Shown: positions 1 to 13,300, counted from the whole stretch's first letter. The stretch: DNA of 59,199 nt, filler included, from Dimorphilus gyrociliatus (GCA_904063045.1; 3 parts of 3 records of this genome joined end to end with filler, not necessarily neighbours in it), one strand, 5' to 3'. The notes: generated by a model from the sequence alone, not told the origin. Program-made: numbers and translations.

Positions 1-1496
1 AGAGCATTGTCCACTTTTATCAACAAAACCATACTTAGCATTACATCCTGAAGCATAGCAATAAGAGATTCCATTGTCCTCTTTACATATTTTGCAGTTG
101 GATGGGCAACCTGTTTTTTTAAAGATAAACTTAGATTAAGATTTAGTGAATTTGTTTTAAATGATTTAACTGACTTAAACAAGTTTTATCTGATTCTTTA
201 ATTACATAACTTTCTTTACATTGTGTACATTCAGCTCTATTATTTCTCCATTGGCAGATTTTGCAATTGGATGGACATGCTTGACATTTTTCATTATTAT
301 CTTTAATATATTCTGACTTGCATAGTGTACATAATGTAGATTCACCTGATAAAATACAATTAATACAATTTAATGGACATTGTGTACACATTGTTGAGCT
401 GGTAGCAAGTTGATAATGGCTTTGACATTCATTACATCTTGTTCCATCCCCACTGTTAGAATCTTCTATGCATTTATTACAAAATTCTTTACAGGGTATA
501 CAAGTTTTGTCAACAGACCTAACTGTAAAACCAATAAGACATTCTGAACATTTAGCAATTCCATTTTCATTAGTACATTTGGTGCATTTGGATGGGCATG
601 ATATACATGTTCCATCACTACTTTCTGCAAAACCATCTCTGCATTTTAAGCAAAATGTCTTTTTTGTATCTGATTTAAAATTACAGTGAAGACAGGCTGT
701 AGGACAGGAATCACACTTCTTAGTTTCAGTGTTTAGAGCAGTTCCCTCATCACAAGATGAACATTGTAGATTATTATTAGAATCGGCACTACAAACAGAA
801 CATTTAGAACTACAAGGTGAACAAGTATTATCAGATAACAGAGTGTATCTGTCAAAGCATTGTGAACATGTTATAGTTCCAGCCTTTTCAGAACAGGCCT
901 GACAGAAATTTGGACATTCTGAAAAGTTTTAGATAAATATTTTCTTCATTGGAGAAGAGAAATTAAAGAACTTACTTGTACATTTCTTTTCTGTTGTCAA
1001 AGGTGTGCTATAATTATAGCATTCAAAGCAAATTGGTCTACCATTAGTAACATTACAAAATCTGCATGAATTATCATCAGAACAAGCTGTTTGTTTAAAA
1101 GTTTACAACTGAAAATGTGAATTTTAAAAGTAGAATAATAACCAAATTTTACCAATGCATTTTTGAGTATTTGAATCTACACCATAGCCATTTAAGCATT
1201 GAAGACATTTTGTTCCATCACCTTCTCCAGTTAGGTTGCATTTTAAACAATTATTGGAGCAATCTTAATATTTCAAAATAAAATTATGAATAAAGGAAAA
1301 AAAAATAAAACTCACCAATACATTTTTTCTGATCATTTGATAAAATTTGATTTGAGTTGCACATTGAACATCTCAAATCTCTTTTTAAACAGGATTCGCA
1401 ATTTGCAACATCATTACAGACAGAAGTAGTTGCTGATTGGACATAGACTACTATAGAAAGTAGAATGCTAACAGCAAAGAATAAAACTACTTTCAT
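1..1496 (-). CDS. Secreted cysteine-rich CxxC (furin-like/growth-factor-receptor-like) repeat protein, multi-exon, 3' end beyond window start
   Basis: Signal peptide MKVVLFFAVSILLSIVVYVQS at 1496. Exon 1 is 1316-1496, intron 1264-1315 is GTGAG..AG, exon 2 is 1153-1263. Repeated CPxxCxxC...CxxC units (CPSKCTKC, CPLNCINC, CPSNCKIC) run down to base 1. One phase inconsistency near 1105. Confidence 0.7.
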
Positions 1497-1583
1497 ACTT
1501 TAATTCTTTGCAATTTCTTATTAAAAGTGACAAGTTTAATGACAGCTTTCTCTACTTTTGTGATTAGAAGGGACAGTTACCTC

Positions 1584-1614
<31 letters not shown>
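1584..1614. repeat. (TA)n microsatellite
   Basis: Direct reading; one TA>CA interruption. Confidence 0.9.
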
Positions 1615-3619
1615 GTATTTAAAGTTTAATAAGGATAATAATTACTAAGCCATTTGTTAAGACAGTTTAATCCATGATAATTTTTTGGCCATTGACAGCA
1701 TTAAAAGTCTAAGAGTATAATGCATATTGTCTAGGCAACTATCAATTAACATTTAAGTCTTTTACGCTTCAAATGAAAAATAAAGAAGAGATTTATCATA
1801 ACTGAAAATTTTAGAACGAAAGTAGAAACTACTTTTGAGTCAATTAAGCTATTTTTAACAATTATTCTTGGATTTCTTTATTGAAAACTTAATCATGCAT
1901 TCCGCTTGTTCAATCAATCATTAATTTTTTTAACTGTATGAATTATAATCCTTTGAAAGCTCTATTATAATCCCTTATGTCCAAACTTACATATAGACAT
2001 TGAAATTTAAACCCTTAAGTTTAAAGTGAACTATTTCCTAAGGTTGATGACATGCAAAAAGTTTTTACTTTAAATAAATATTTTTTGCTTCATCCTATTT
2101 TATTTTATTAAAACATATTGATAAACCAATTTAAATCTCAAAAAAAATGTTGGGAAGTCATTGTTCAATAAATGAGAGAAAGCATATATTAGGCTTAAGA
2201 ATGAGTGATCAGGTCTTAAGGTTAGGTTTGCCAATCAGAGACTGACTGACAAGTCACTTGTTACACTCACACTGTAAGCTGATTAGGCCTAGTGTTAGGG
2301 TACCAATTAGGAACTACTATCTAAAGTAGCAGTTTATCTCCAACACCAAAAGTCCATATTATCAACAAAGTGAAGAGAACCTGCACTGCAGTATTCTACT
2401 TTTCACCACTGATAAAAACTCACAATATTTTGAGAATATTGCCCCTTTATCAAGCGAGTGGAAAAGTAACTGGTAGATCGACACAAGACTGATTCTTGAC
2501 AGGCTTGGTGTACCAGAAGATTAGTACTAGAATATTTCACCAATCAAAAATGGATCAAAATGTCACCTTGCTAGCGGTCTGTATAGTCGGTTGACCATTC
2601 TTTTACTGAAAAGTTCAAACTGCTCTAATTCTTATTAAAAGTGGTTGATCTCTACGAACTGAGTCTCTACAAAATTCGAGCCAAATCAACCCAGTGATTC
2701 CAGAGCTATGGCGATTTGATTTTAACAGTTGTTAATGCAGCTGACAGTTGACTACCTTATTCTCTCTCACTAGTATCCCACCCTACATTCTGCTCTAATT
2801 AGTGGGTAACCTGTTCAAATAAATGCAGGTAGGGCAACCAATTAATGACTTTTAATCTCTTTTCTTAAAATGTATTACAGGAAGAGCTCTAGTTTTTAAC
2901 CCTAACCTATCTTATTGATTTTTAGAGTCCAGACATTCAGTGAAGGTAAATTTTAAAAATATTGGTTTCCAGCCTGCCCTATATCCGGAAATTGAAAAAA
3001 AATGTTCTTACTTTTTTTTATATAGTTATATAAGTATATTGACTGTATTCTCTATCTATATATAGCAAGTTGATAATGCTTTTTCCAAAATTTTGTTTGC
3101 ATATATTAACTATCTATAAAAGATAAGGCTAATATTGTGAAGAATATAGAAAAAGAAAAAGTAACCTAAAAAATGAAATTTATTTGAAATATTTTAATTA
3201 GTATTTGATCTACGATAATTTCCAACATTCATTCTTTTAATGCCTTATTTTGTTTGATATTGGTTGATGAATGGATTGGAAAAGGGAGGGAAGTGAGGGA
3301 TGTGTGTTATTAAATACTGAATAATTAATTCATGATGAATGTATTGAAAGAAAAAAATATCTTGAGATATTGGTTTGGGATTTGTGAATAATACGAAAGA
3401 GCTAGATAGTTAATGAATATGGTAGAAAACGGTCAGGATTGAAAGTGGCCAGAGCTCTGAAAACAGCCAAAGACCTAGTTTTATATAAAAAATAATATTG
3501 ATCACTATAAATGATAAGAATAGTTTGAAGTTATATATTTAATGAAAATGAAACAACATTAAAAGAAATATAAAAAAGAGAAACTACTAAAAGTAACAAC
3601 TTGAACTAAAAATATCTAA

Positions 3620-4320
3620 TGTGAAAAATATATTTTTGAACAATTTTCCAAAATCTGAGCTACTGTTATTTCACCATTTTTAAATTTCTCCCAAGTATCA
3701 AATATTTCTTTTTGGACATTTAAATAGATTTTTTTCTGTCATCTCTTCAATTTCTTTTCAGAAAGCAACTGTTGATAAATTGGAAAGAGATCAGCCTCTC
3801 TTTTTAGCTCATCTATTAGATTGTAAAAAGATTTAGAGTTGCCTACATTTATATTCAACCTATTGTGGAATTCCTCAACATCATTATTTGTTTTGATAGG
3901 AGATTCATATGGGATAAAGGACAGTTGACCCCCATGATTATAATTCCCTGGATAGTAAGTGATCACAAAAGTTTAATGGGTCAACTTGATAATGTTATTG
4001 TGTTGTTCAATGAAAACCATGTTTGATATTGTTTTACTGCCAAAGTAGATAAGTATTCTGATAGAATAAAATATCATATATCCTTGATACTACACTCAAG
4101 TTAAAAGAATGGTAATATCAACTCTGACAATTCATTTCATACTCATCAAAATTTGTATTTTAAAAGTTATGGATAATACATGTTGCAAATTTCTGTTAAA
4201 ACATCAGCAGCTGTTTTATTACTATTTGCAAATTCTTTCCAAACTAAACAAGTTTACCTTGCAATTCTTTAAATTTATGTTTCTCAGTTTGGCATATCTT
4301 TCTCTCTGATAACAGCTTTT
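3620..4320 (-). mobile_element. Degenerate Mutator (MULE) transposase remnant
   Basis: IKTNNDVEEFHNRLN...LIDELKREADLFPIYQQLLSEKKLK matches the C-terminal TNNxVEGWH block of the better-preserved MULE transposases in this window. It has multiple stops; boundaries are approximate and no TIRs were seen. Confidence 0.65.
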
Positions 4321-4708
4321 CATAAAGAGCAACAACTTTTCATTCATGATGTAACCTCAAAATCATATCATAAAAATTAAGACTTTGCCCAGATTGACTG
4401 TTTAATCAATGATGCCAAGACTCTACATCATTGTTGGTTCTGATGGTGACTTGATAGATTGACTAATTGTTTTTTTTCATATGTGCACTTAGAAATATCA
4501 ATATAATAATATTTAGACTTAAGATATTATAGAACTTTAGAAAGGCTTTTATTTTAGTGTCGAGACAAAAAGTCCCCTGAAGGTCTTTTGGAAATTGTTT
4601 TGAATGTCAATTTTGGTGTATTTTTTCTTTGACTGCTTCCCAAAATCATTTTGAAAATGTGAGAATTCTGTTTCTCTTTTTTGATATAATCAAAAAAAAA
4701 CCTTTCCA

Positions 4709-4732
4709 AACCCTAACCCTAACCCTAACCCT
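4709..4732 (-). repeat. Interstitial (TTAGGG)4 telomere-like repeat
   Basis: aaccct x4 on the + strand. Confidence 0.85.
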
Positions 4733-4923
4733 GGCTCAACTAATAGCAGAAAAAGTTAAGAGGACAATCCATCAATTGGCCCCAGACAGTACACACTTCA
4801 AAATTACAAATCAATAACAGCCTTTAGAATTCCTACAACTACCAGACATTGGCTAATAAATAAGAAAGTTGATGAGAATATGGAAAGACATATAGTAAAA
4901 TTCCTGAACACTGAGAAACATAA

Positions 4924-5066
4924 AGTGAACACCAGCTCAAGATTGGAAGTGAACACTAACTCAAACACCAATACTCAAGTGAACACCAACTCAAACACCA
5001 ACACTTAAGTGAGCACCAGCTCAAACACCAACTCTGAAGTGAACACCAACTCAAACATCAACACCT
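4924..5066. repeat. ~30-bp minisatellite, about 5 degenerate copies (AGTGAACACCAACTCAAACACCAACACTCA-like)
   Basis: Direct reading of tandem units. Confidence 0.85.
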
Positions 5067-5440
5067 GCCACAACAATAGGGGGTGATGGTAATGACAGCA
5101 TTGGGTTCCTATATTTATGGATGATCCACAGGCGAAATAACATCTGCATTGGAATCGTAGAATGGGATATTTTCCATCAGGTAGGGAAATGCAATTCTCT
5201 TGTTGTCCACATGGAGGAGGAGTACTTTCTGGACTAAGGTAAAGAAACGTTTTAAGCAAAAGTAAACAGCCTATTGAACACAACATACTTGTCACATCTT
5301 CGTATTAAATGATTATAAATCAATAGGGGATTACAATAGGGAAAAGAAAAAAAGTTTAGATAAAGTATTTTCAAGGTAAAGCTAAACAAGGTTAAAGACA
5401 AACCAATAGATAAAAGAACAGAAATAAAAACTAGTTTCAT
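5005..5440 (-). CDS. Small secreted protein with chitin-binding type-2 (CBM14/peritrophin-A)-like domain, possibly truncated
   Basis: Exon 1 5404-5440 (MKLVFISVLLSIG) and phase-1 intron 5271-5403 (GTTTGT..AATAG) join in frame to CISLPDGKYPI..QCRCYFACG..GTQCC, which resembles the CBM14 C..PDGxY..C..YxxC spacing. Confidence 0.45.
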
Positions 5441-5539
5441 TTTTCACTTTTCGACTGATGTCAAAAGATAAAGTCAATTGAAATCGCTTAAAATCCATTG
5501 ATTTTATAAGGGCTCCTACTAATTAAGCGTAATCTAAGA

Positions 5540-7307
5540 GGAAATGGGAAAACTCGTCCCTGGGAAAACTCGTCCCTGGGAATACTCGTCCTTATTTTGG
5601 GAAAACTCGTCCCCTTTTTTGGGAAAACTCGTTCCTTTTTTTTTGGGAAAACTCATCCCCTTTTTTGGGAAAACTTGTCCCCTTATATAGTAAGAGAATT
5701 CGAAAAGAATGTTATAATATATTTATTTATATGAAAATATATTTAATAAATGGAGAAATAAGTAAAGTATTTAAAGGGAAATAGATAGAAATTGAGAGAA
5801 TTGAAAATAATTCTATTGAGAATAAATATTGGCAGTTTTCTCCAATAGATTCAATGCAGTTATTTTTTGTTGTTTATATTCATCCCATATCTTGAAAATA
5901 TTATTCTGTTTCTTGATGCTTAATTTTTTTTGATATTTTTTCAACTTCTTTTCTGATAGAAGCTTTTGAAAGACTGGAATTAGAGATGCTTCATGTTTCA
6001 AAAAATCTACTAATAAATAGAAACAAGTATTTGGCATAGCTTTTACATGGAGTCTTCTATGCCATCCCTCAACATCATTGTTAGTATGAATGCTCATTCC
6101 AAATACGGACCAACTATCTGGAGTCCAAATTGAATTTTTAATCCAAGTCTTTTCCACATATTCATATAAATCTGTATGTACATTTTTCTCCAGAGCTTCT
6201 CTTTTTAAGGTGGAAAAAGTAGGTGGAATGACTTGAGATGGAAGGAAAGGCAGGGCTAATAATTTTCTCATCATATTTTTTGCATCTTTGCTAGTTTTAT
6301 AGTCAGTTGCATATCCCAAATTCTAAAAATAGAAACAATTTTAAACAATTTACATTAATGTTAGAAACTGACTTGTATTTTTCTGAAAACAGCCTGTGTC
6401 CAATGGAACACACATCCTTGAATTGGTACATCTGGTTATATAGATGATAATGCAGTCCATAATCCTGACTCAAAATCTGCAACAAACTTTTTAGGATTCC
6501 AATAGTTTGTTATTGTTTGAATTTCCTGCAAAATATGTTCAAGTTATGAAGTTAGATGAAATATTTGATGACTCACCTTTAATACAAGTTTATATGCTTT
6601 CTTCTTTTTTGAAGTCATAAAGATGAAAGCTAAGGGAATCTGCTTGGCTTCATCATCTTTTTTAATAAATGAATGGATTGAGAAAAGTTGAACAAATGGT
6701 TGTATAACAACTTTAAAAGTTCCATCAAGATACCAAACTTTACTTTCTGCTAATATGTTGCATTGTTGCTGTGAAGCAAATATAATAATTCTTTCATTTT
6801 CAAATGAGATATCCTTCTGAAGAAAATATCAGGAAGAAAATCAACATTTATTTCAAAAAAGGATCATTTGATTCAATAGGCCTGTTCTTTTGCCTTGTAA
6901 TGTTAGCTAATCTTCTCAAATTCTCCAAATTGGGTAAATTGTTTTCCTTAGGTGAACATTTCAATAAAATATCTTCAGCAATTTTTCTACCTGAAGATAT
7001 GACATCATTATCACAAACACTTTTCATTTCTTTCCTACATTTTATGTTTGTTATTAAACTTTTTCTTCTGTCATGATTATGACTTTGAGGACCTGGCACA
7101 AAAGCATTTCCTTTTTGTTTGACTGTTGCAGGACAATGAAATTTTTTATTTCTGACACTACATCTCCAAATTATCATATTCTTGCCTCTTTTCTTTAAAT
7201 TAAATGCAAATCAATTTAAGGGATAAGTTTTCCCCAAAGAAGGGGACAAGTTTTCCCAAAAAAAAGGGACGAGTTTTCCCAAAATAAGGACGAGTTTTCC
7301 CATACTC
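5540..7307 (-). mobile_element. Phantom-type Mutator DNA transposon (internally truncated) with tandem-repeat TIRs
   Basis: Left array of GGGAAAACTCGTCCC units (5546-5680) and inverted GGGACGAGTTTTCCC units (7220-7301) enclose a FLYWCH-MULE transposase. No TSD: flanks aatctaaga vs ggagaagct. Confidence 0.85.
5813..7177 (-). pseudogene. FLYWCH + MULE DDE transposase, 2 introns, disrupted
   Basis: WRCSVRNKKFHCPA..HNH (FLYWCH), WYLDGTFK (first catalytic D), ADFE, GCVFHWTQA (CxxH), TNNDVEGWH (catalytic E). In-frame TAA before PDVPIQGC, plus frameshifts. Confidence 0.85.
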
Positions 7308-8990
7308 GGAGAAGCTGGTATTGGAAAAACATATCATGCAATGGAAATGTTACACTTGTGGGCGATTGAGGAAAACTTTCTAAATGATTATCTATTCTTA
7401 TACATTAAACTTGCCAATGTATGGGATAATACTCAATTTGAAGATATTCTATACACTCAAAATTTTGCCAACAATTCTTGGGTAACTCAAGAACTATTTC
7501 AATATTTCTTTCTAGAAGAAGAGTACCAAGAAAGGAAGCTTGTCATTCTACCAGATGGAGCTGATGAGTTAATGCTATCAAAGTTCTTCTTTCAAAAAAA
7601 GGAATTTATCATCTCTATAATGAAGTATTAGAGTACTGTTCAAAAAGCACTTTTGAAAACTTAGTCTCAATAGGCCTATAATCTTGAATGATAATATCAA
7701 GAAGACAGACAACATTGGAGGTTTATTAATTCCTTTAAAAACAAGAAACAAACTACGAAATATTCTCTTCAATTATTAAAAAAAGGGAGGAAATTCTTTC
7801 AGTTCTAGAAACAAACAAAGAAATTAACGAATTGATTAGAAGACGGAACGAAAGTCAAGAAATTCTACTCGATATGTTAAATCTTGAAATACAAACTATG
7901 AAAGTTATTCTTGATTGTTACGAATATAAAATTACAACAATCCACTTGATTTACTTTCAAATTGAATTACAAACATTTTGCCAAGTTTGCACTGACAAAC
8001 TATCAAACTCTTTAGAAATTTTTCACCAACAAAATTAAAGCTTATCTTCAATTCTAAACGCTTTAATCTTTCATTTGTCAAGATGTTAATGGAAGATTAT
8101 CACAATGTTGTTACATTTCAATGCCTGAACAATGTCATTGCTAGACAAACTTCCCTGAAAGAACTCTACCTTTACGATCAAGCTATTGAAGAGAGTTTAC
8201 CAAGGAATATTCTGATTTAACTGCTATCTTCTGTAGTAATTGCAGTATTGACTCAAGTATTGGACCAACGTTCTAAGCCAGGCAATTGGTCTTCAAAAAG
8301 AGCTATTTGTGCTACGACTTTATAATAATCATTTAGGAAATGATATTGTAAGAAATATATTTGAAAATTTAAATAAAACCTGCACGAAATTGGGAGGAAT
8401 ACATTTTAAAAATTGCTCCTTTGACCGAGAAATTGGTACTGTTGTTGGTGAAACAATTGGAAAACAAAAAGGACTAAAGGCACTTTTCCTTAACGATAAT
8501 GATTTGGAAAAAAATCTAGGTTGGAACGTTTGCGAAAATATTAAGGAAAACTGCTCAGAATTAACAAAATTCTTTCTAAATGGTTAGCGGATTGGACAGT
8601 GAAATTGGTCACATTCATACCAAAGCTATAGGTTGACAACAACAACTGGAATATTTAGCCCTCAACGATAACAATCTAGGAACTTCCATTGTTCGTAATA
8701 TACTTGAAATGATTAATAGAGAATGTAGGAATTTATTAGAAATTTCTCTGGCAGACTGCGGCTTCAATTCAGATATTGGCTATATTCTCTGCAAAGTTAT
8801 CGGCAGGCAAATGTCACTTGAGAGTATTACCTTACCAAATAACCCTATAGGAAGTGAAATTGTTTGAAAATATCTACACGAATATAGAAAATTTAACTGA
8901 AATATTCATGTGCAATTGCGCAATCGAATTTTGTTCTCCAGTTGAACTAAATTCAAATTGGAATTGGGGTGAAACAGTATGAAGCATAAT
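7302..8990 (+). pseudogene. NLR-like (NACHT + RI-like LRR) pseudogene, 5'-truncated
   Basis: Walker A GEAGIGKT at 7308-7331 and Walker B-like LVILPDGADEL. Downstream LRRs LRLYNNHLG / LFLNDNDL / LALNDNNLG with many stops and frameshifts. Confidence 0.75.
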
Positions 8991-9313
8991 AATGCAATCT
9001 ACATGAATAAAAATATAGTTGAAGAATAAAATGACAGCCATCTTAAAAATGCATAAGTTTATCTTGGAAGATTGAAGAGAGGTAATTTCATATATAGTTT
9101 ACTCTTATAGACTAAACTTATAGTTGTATATGGAAGACCAAAGAGAAAGTCTTGTGTGCTATGCAATGAAAGTTTATCTAACAATAAATCTATGGTTTTA
9201 CCCCTACCCTAACCTAGCCCTTGTTTTTGCCTAACCTTTTTCAATGCCCATAATCCTAAGATGGGATCCACCTAAGTACATATCAATAGCTATCTTATTC
9301 CTCCTGACCAACT

Positions 9314-9451
9314 AAATTCAGTTATAAAATGTGATTCAAAATTCTTTCAATGTAAAATTGATCTGTATTCCATTAATTTAAAATTGGTTTGTGACGGATT
9401 CAATGATTGTTCAGACAAAACAGATGAAAATGATTGTCATTTAAATATTCA
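9314..9451 (+). repeat. Inverted ~138-bp copy of an LDLa-coding exon segment (source 13033-13170)
   Basis: KCDSKFFQCKIDLYSINLKLVCDGFNDCSDKTDENDC is nearly identical to the minus-strand exon KCDSKFFQCKIDLYCINLKFVCDGFNDCSDKTDEIDC. Confidence 0.85.
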
Positions 9452-10310
9452 ATCTCAAAAACAAATACTTGTTTTTAAAACTTTGTTTTGAATGAAACAT
9501 GTAAAACAGGAAAAAAGGGTGACTAACACTAGATTTCAAAAAAAAGTAGTGTTTTATTTCATATGAAATAGATTCTTTGATCATACAAGTTGGAGTCATT
9601 TTTAACTATACTACAGTACATTGAAAGAAAGATTTGTCCAGCATTCAAGAGTCTACACCTCTCTAAAAGATTAACAGTAAAAGTGAAGAATGCTTAGCTT
9701 AATGCTTATCTTATTAATCTACAAATTAAAATTATGACAAGTGAATATGTTTATTAAATTTTAATGAAAATTTACAAATTTCTTTCCAAGAACACTGCCA
9801 ATTGCAAAATACTTTCTTTATTGTTTTGCAATTGATGATCAAAGATTATATTCTCCTTTTCAATTTGTATACCATATACCCATTTTTTCTTATTAGCTCC
9901 ATATTTCTGATTTTTAAAAATAACATAAAATTCAAATTCTGTGTAAAAATTTTATAGAAATTTACATATTTGCAAAACATATTTTCATTAAAACCAATAA
10001 TTGATAAATTAATTGATGAAAATTCCATTAAAGCAGTAACTGCTACTTTTGTACAATAAAATAGTATTTTAATATCCAAAAAATTTTCAATTTTGGTCAT
10101 ATTCAATTCAGTTTTCAAATTTTTCAGTATAACCCGTTTTCTTAAAGATTCATTAAACAATTTAGACACTAAAAAAAAACAAAAATAATAAAGTTAGGCC
10201 TATAACAAAGCAATCATTACATTTAATTTTATAAGCATCTTTAAAGGATGATATTTGAATTCTGAATGAAATACAAATATACAACAATTTAAACATTTTT
10301 TGAAAAAAAA

Positions 10311-13300
10311 TTAATTAACATACTCTTTTTCTTTTTGTTTGTGTATCTTTGAATTTCGTATGATATTTCCAGAATAAATAAATGGATTTAAAATTGAATT
10401 TGCTGGTAAAATAGTAACAAATATCCATGTATAAGTTTTATAGGTTAGTTGACTCTGTCCAAAGGCAGCCATAAACCCTAAAAAAGATAAAGGAGTCCAA
10501 GATAAAAGATTGGAAAAGATTATTAAACTTCCAGTTTTTATAATAATCTTTAATCTTGCATATCTGGCTTCTTTATTTAAAATAGAATTATTTTGAGAGA
10601 TGAATAGTAATGTAAAGAAATAGAAAACAAGTATTATTAAACTATTAACAAATGTCAGAATTGAGAATAAGAAAAAAGAATAGAACCATCCATCTGTTCT
10701 CTTATTTGTCAGATGAATATAAAAACAGAATGGCAATCTTGAGTAGTAATTCTTTACAAAAATAAAAATGTCAGCCTATATATTAAATTAGAGTAAAAAC
10801 ATTGAATCTACAAACAGAGAAAATGAAAATTGGTAAAATGGAAAGGATTAATGATGAGAAAATTGAACTTGATGTTAAAATTGCAACAAAAATTTTGGAA
10901 AGATTCTGAAATTTAATGCCAGATTTGAATACTTTATACTTTTCAAATGCCAGCAACAGTAGGCTAAAATTTGATAGAAGAATTGAAAATGTTGCTAAAG
11001 TACCAGAAAATTTACATAAACTACTCTTCCTCCATTTTAAATCATTCTCAATGTAGATGTTTGAAAATCTTATATCTTGAATGGAAATAATTGAGAAATA
11101 GATTGAAAATAATAGATCAGCTAGAGTTGTCATTATGTTGAACAGTTGAGAAGGCCTATTGAAATTTCTTAAAATTGATACTAAGCACAAAACATTCAGC
11201 AGAAAGGAGGAGAATGATGATGTGTACATAGAAACTGATAGCAAGAATCTTATTAGGTTTAATGAAAAATGAATAAATGTTAAATTAGCACCACCTTTTA
11301 ATGGAACAGATTTTATTAAGTCTCCACAAGACATTGATTCATCTCTCTTTGTTTCACAAAATATCCTTTTCACTTTTTGCATAAAACAACAAAACTTAAA
11401 TTGATTAGTTTTCATTCTCATTAAGGATTTTAAATTGTAAAAGATGCTCTTTTCAAAATCATTTCCAATAAATGTAACATTTTTCAAGTCTAATTCTTCC
11501 AATTTCTCAAGACCTTTAAACAATTTTTTATTAGTATAGTGCTCAAAAATGGAATTTGAAAAATTCAAAAATTTAATATTTTTTGAATTTTCAAAAATGC
11601 TTTTTTTATATTGAACAATTGAAAAGCTTAAATCTAGAAATAAAATTGTATTTGGTATGAATTTTTCAAAACTATTCAATTGATTTTTGGATAGAATTAA
11701 CTTTTGTATTAAGTTTAGGTTTTTAAAATCGCTTTTATTAATCATGGTTATATGATTGTTGGTTAAATTAATATACACAATATTGAGAAATTTGCTGATT
11801 GGTTTAAAGTTGTTAAGCTGTCCATTGACTATTGTTAATTTTGTTAAAATGTAATTGGTTTCCATTGTAATATATTCAAGTAAATCTGTTGTGTTAAAAT
11901 CAATAAATTCCATAAATTTCCAGTCTTTCAGTGAACTATAATTAGCTTTTAAAACATCTTTTCTGCAATAAACACTGATAAAAGATTGACATTCACAAAC
12001 AGAGGGGCAATCTTTCATTTTGCAGAAGAATTCTTCCCTTTCATCCAATAATTTACAAGGGTTTGGAATAATTTTCTTTTTTCTTGGATGGGTTTCACAT
12101 GTTTTTGTATAATGCAGAAAATTTTGTTCTCTTCTACATTTATACAATCCATATGCAAGAACTTTATCTATTTTTTAAAATTAATCTTCATAAAATTTCA
12201 ACTATTTTAAATCTAACAATTTTTGAATTACAAACAATTTTTGCAATTAGATTCATCATCTCCTAACAAACATTCTGAAATTCCATTACATTTCAATCTT
12301 CCATCAATAAAATTTTCAAACCATTTGCATTTATACTGAAATAATGCATCTTTGGAAGAAGTGCAAGTTTCTTGATGAGTAAAAAGACGTAAATGTTTGG
12401 ATTTTTTTAATTTGTTAAACTCTGTTAATTTTAAGTTGCAATCTATTGAAGCTAATATTAAAAATGATTTTATATTATTATTAGGTAATTTTTAAACATT
12501 CAAAAAATTTTTTTTACATGATTCTTTAAAAATTTTTGCTTTGAAATTGTCTACAAAAAAGTTTTTTGCCTAATTTGAAATTTCAATTTAAAATTTCAAA
12601 ATTAGCTCACATAATGATGGCAATTTGTAAATTATTGGCAGTTTATATTCATTTTCTACTTTCTTAGGGCTTATCTTATCAGGAATTGTTAAAACACTTT
12701 GGCAATGTTTTATATCACTTCCATCAGTGCATAATCTATCTTTACATAGTTGACCAGGATTTACACATTGTTGACTAGAACATTCACTATGGAGATAATA
12801 GGCCTTAAGTATTTGAATATGAATGTATAAATGATTCTGTGTCATACAAATCATTTATTGGACAAGATTCTTTTACTATAAATAGTAAACTGGTAATAAA
12901 AATGACTATTTTACAAAGATATCAAGTACTCAACTGCAATATATTTCATCACTTTTATCTTTGCAGTCAAAAACATAATCACAAACCAACTGTAGCCCTA
13001 TTTTCTCTTTAGTATTAAAACATTGAAAACTATGAATGTTTAAATGACAATCAATTTCATCTGTTTTGTCTGAACAATCATTGAATCCATCACAAACAAA
13101 TTTTAAATTAATACAATAAAGATCAATTTTACATTGAAAGAATTTTGAATCACATTTCATAACTGAATTTAAACTGATATTAAAAATATTTTGAGTAGTT
13201 TCAGATTGGTAATTAACTTTTCAAAAAATTGAAATATTTTAAAATGAACAGAAAATGGAAAAATTTTAATACTCATTTCATCTTCACAAATTACATAATT

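Noticed and set aside
4709-4732. (TTAGGG)4 as a chromosome end or fusion site
   Set aside because: Only four units, internal, with no subtelomeric structure.
4924-5066. Periodic in-frame TGA as a poly-selenocysteine or read-through tract
   Set aside because: The TGA frames are not continuous with the upstream ORF, TGA appears on both strands simply because of the repeat unit, and no SECIS-like element was recognised.
5546-5680. Short direct-repeat arrays (also 47820-47930 and 50367-50480) resembling CRISPR repeats
   Set aside because: No unique spacers, the arrays have inverted partners at the other end of a transposase, and the context is eukaryotic. They are MULE TIRs.
9846-10169. LRR-like ORFs directly downstream of GPCR copies A and C (9846-10169, 35726-35989) as a conserved partner gene
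   Set aside because: The two ORFs show no convincing similarity to each other, and LRR-like spacing arises easily in Leu/Ile/Asn-rich AT-biased frames.
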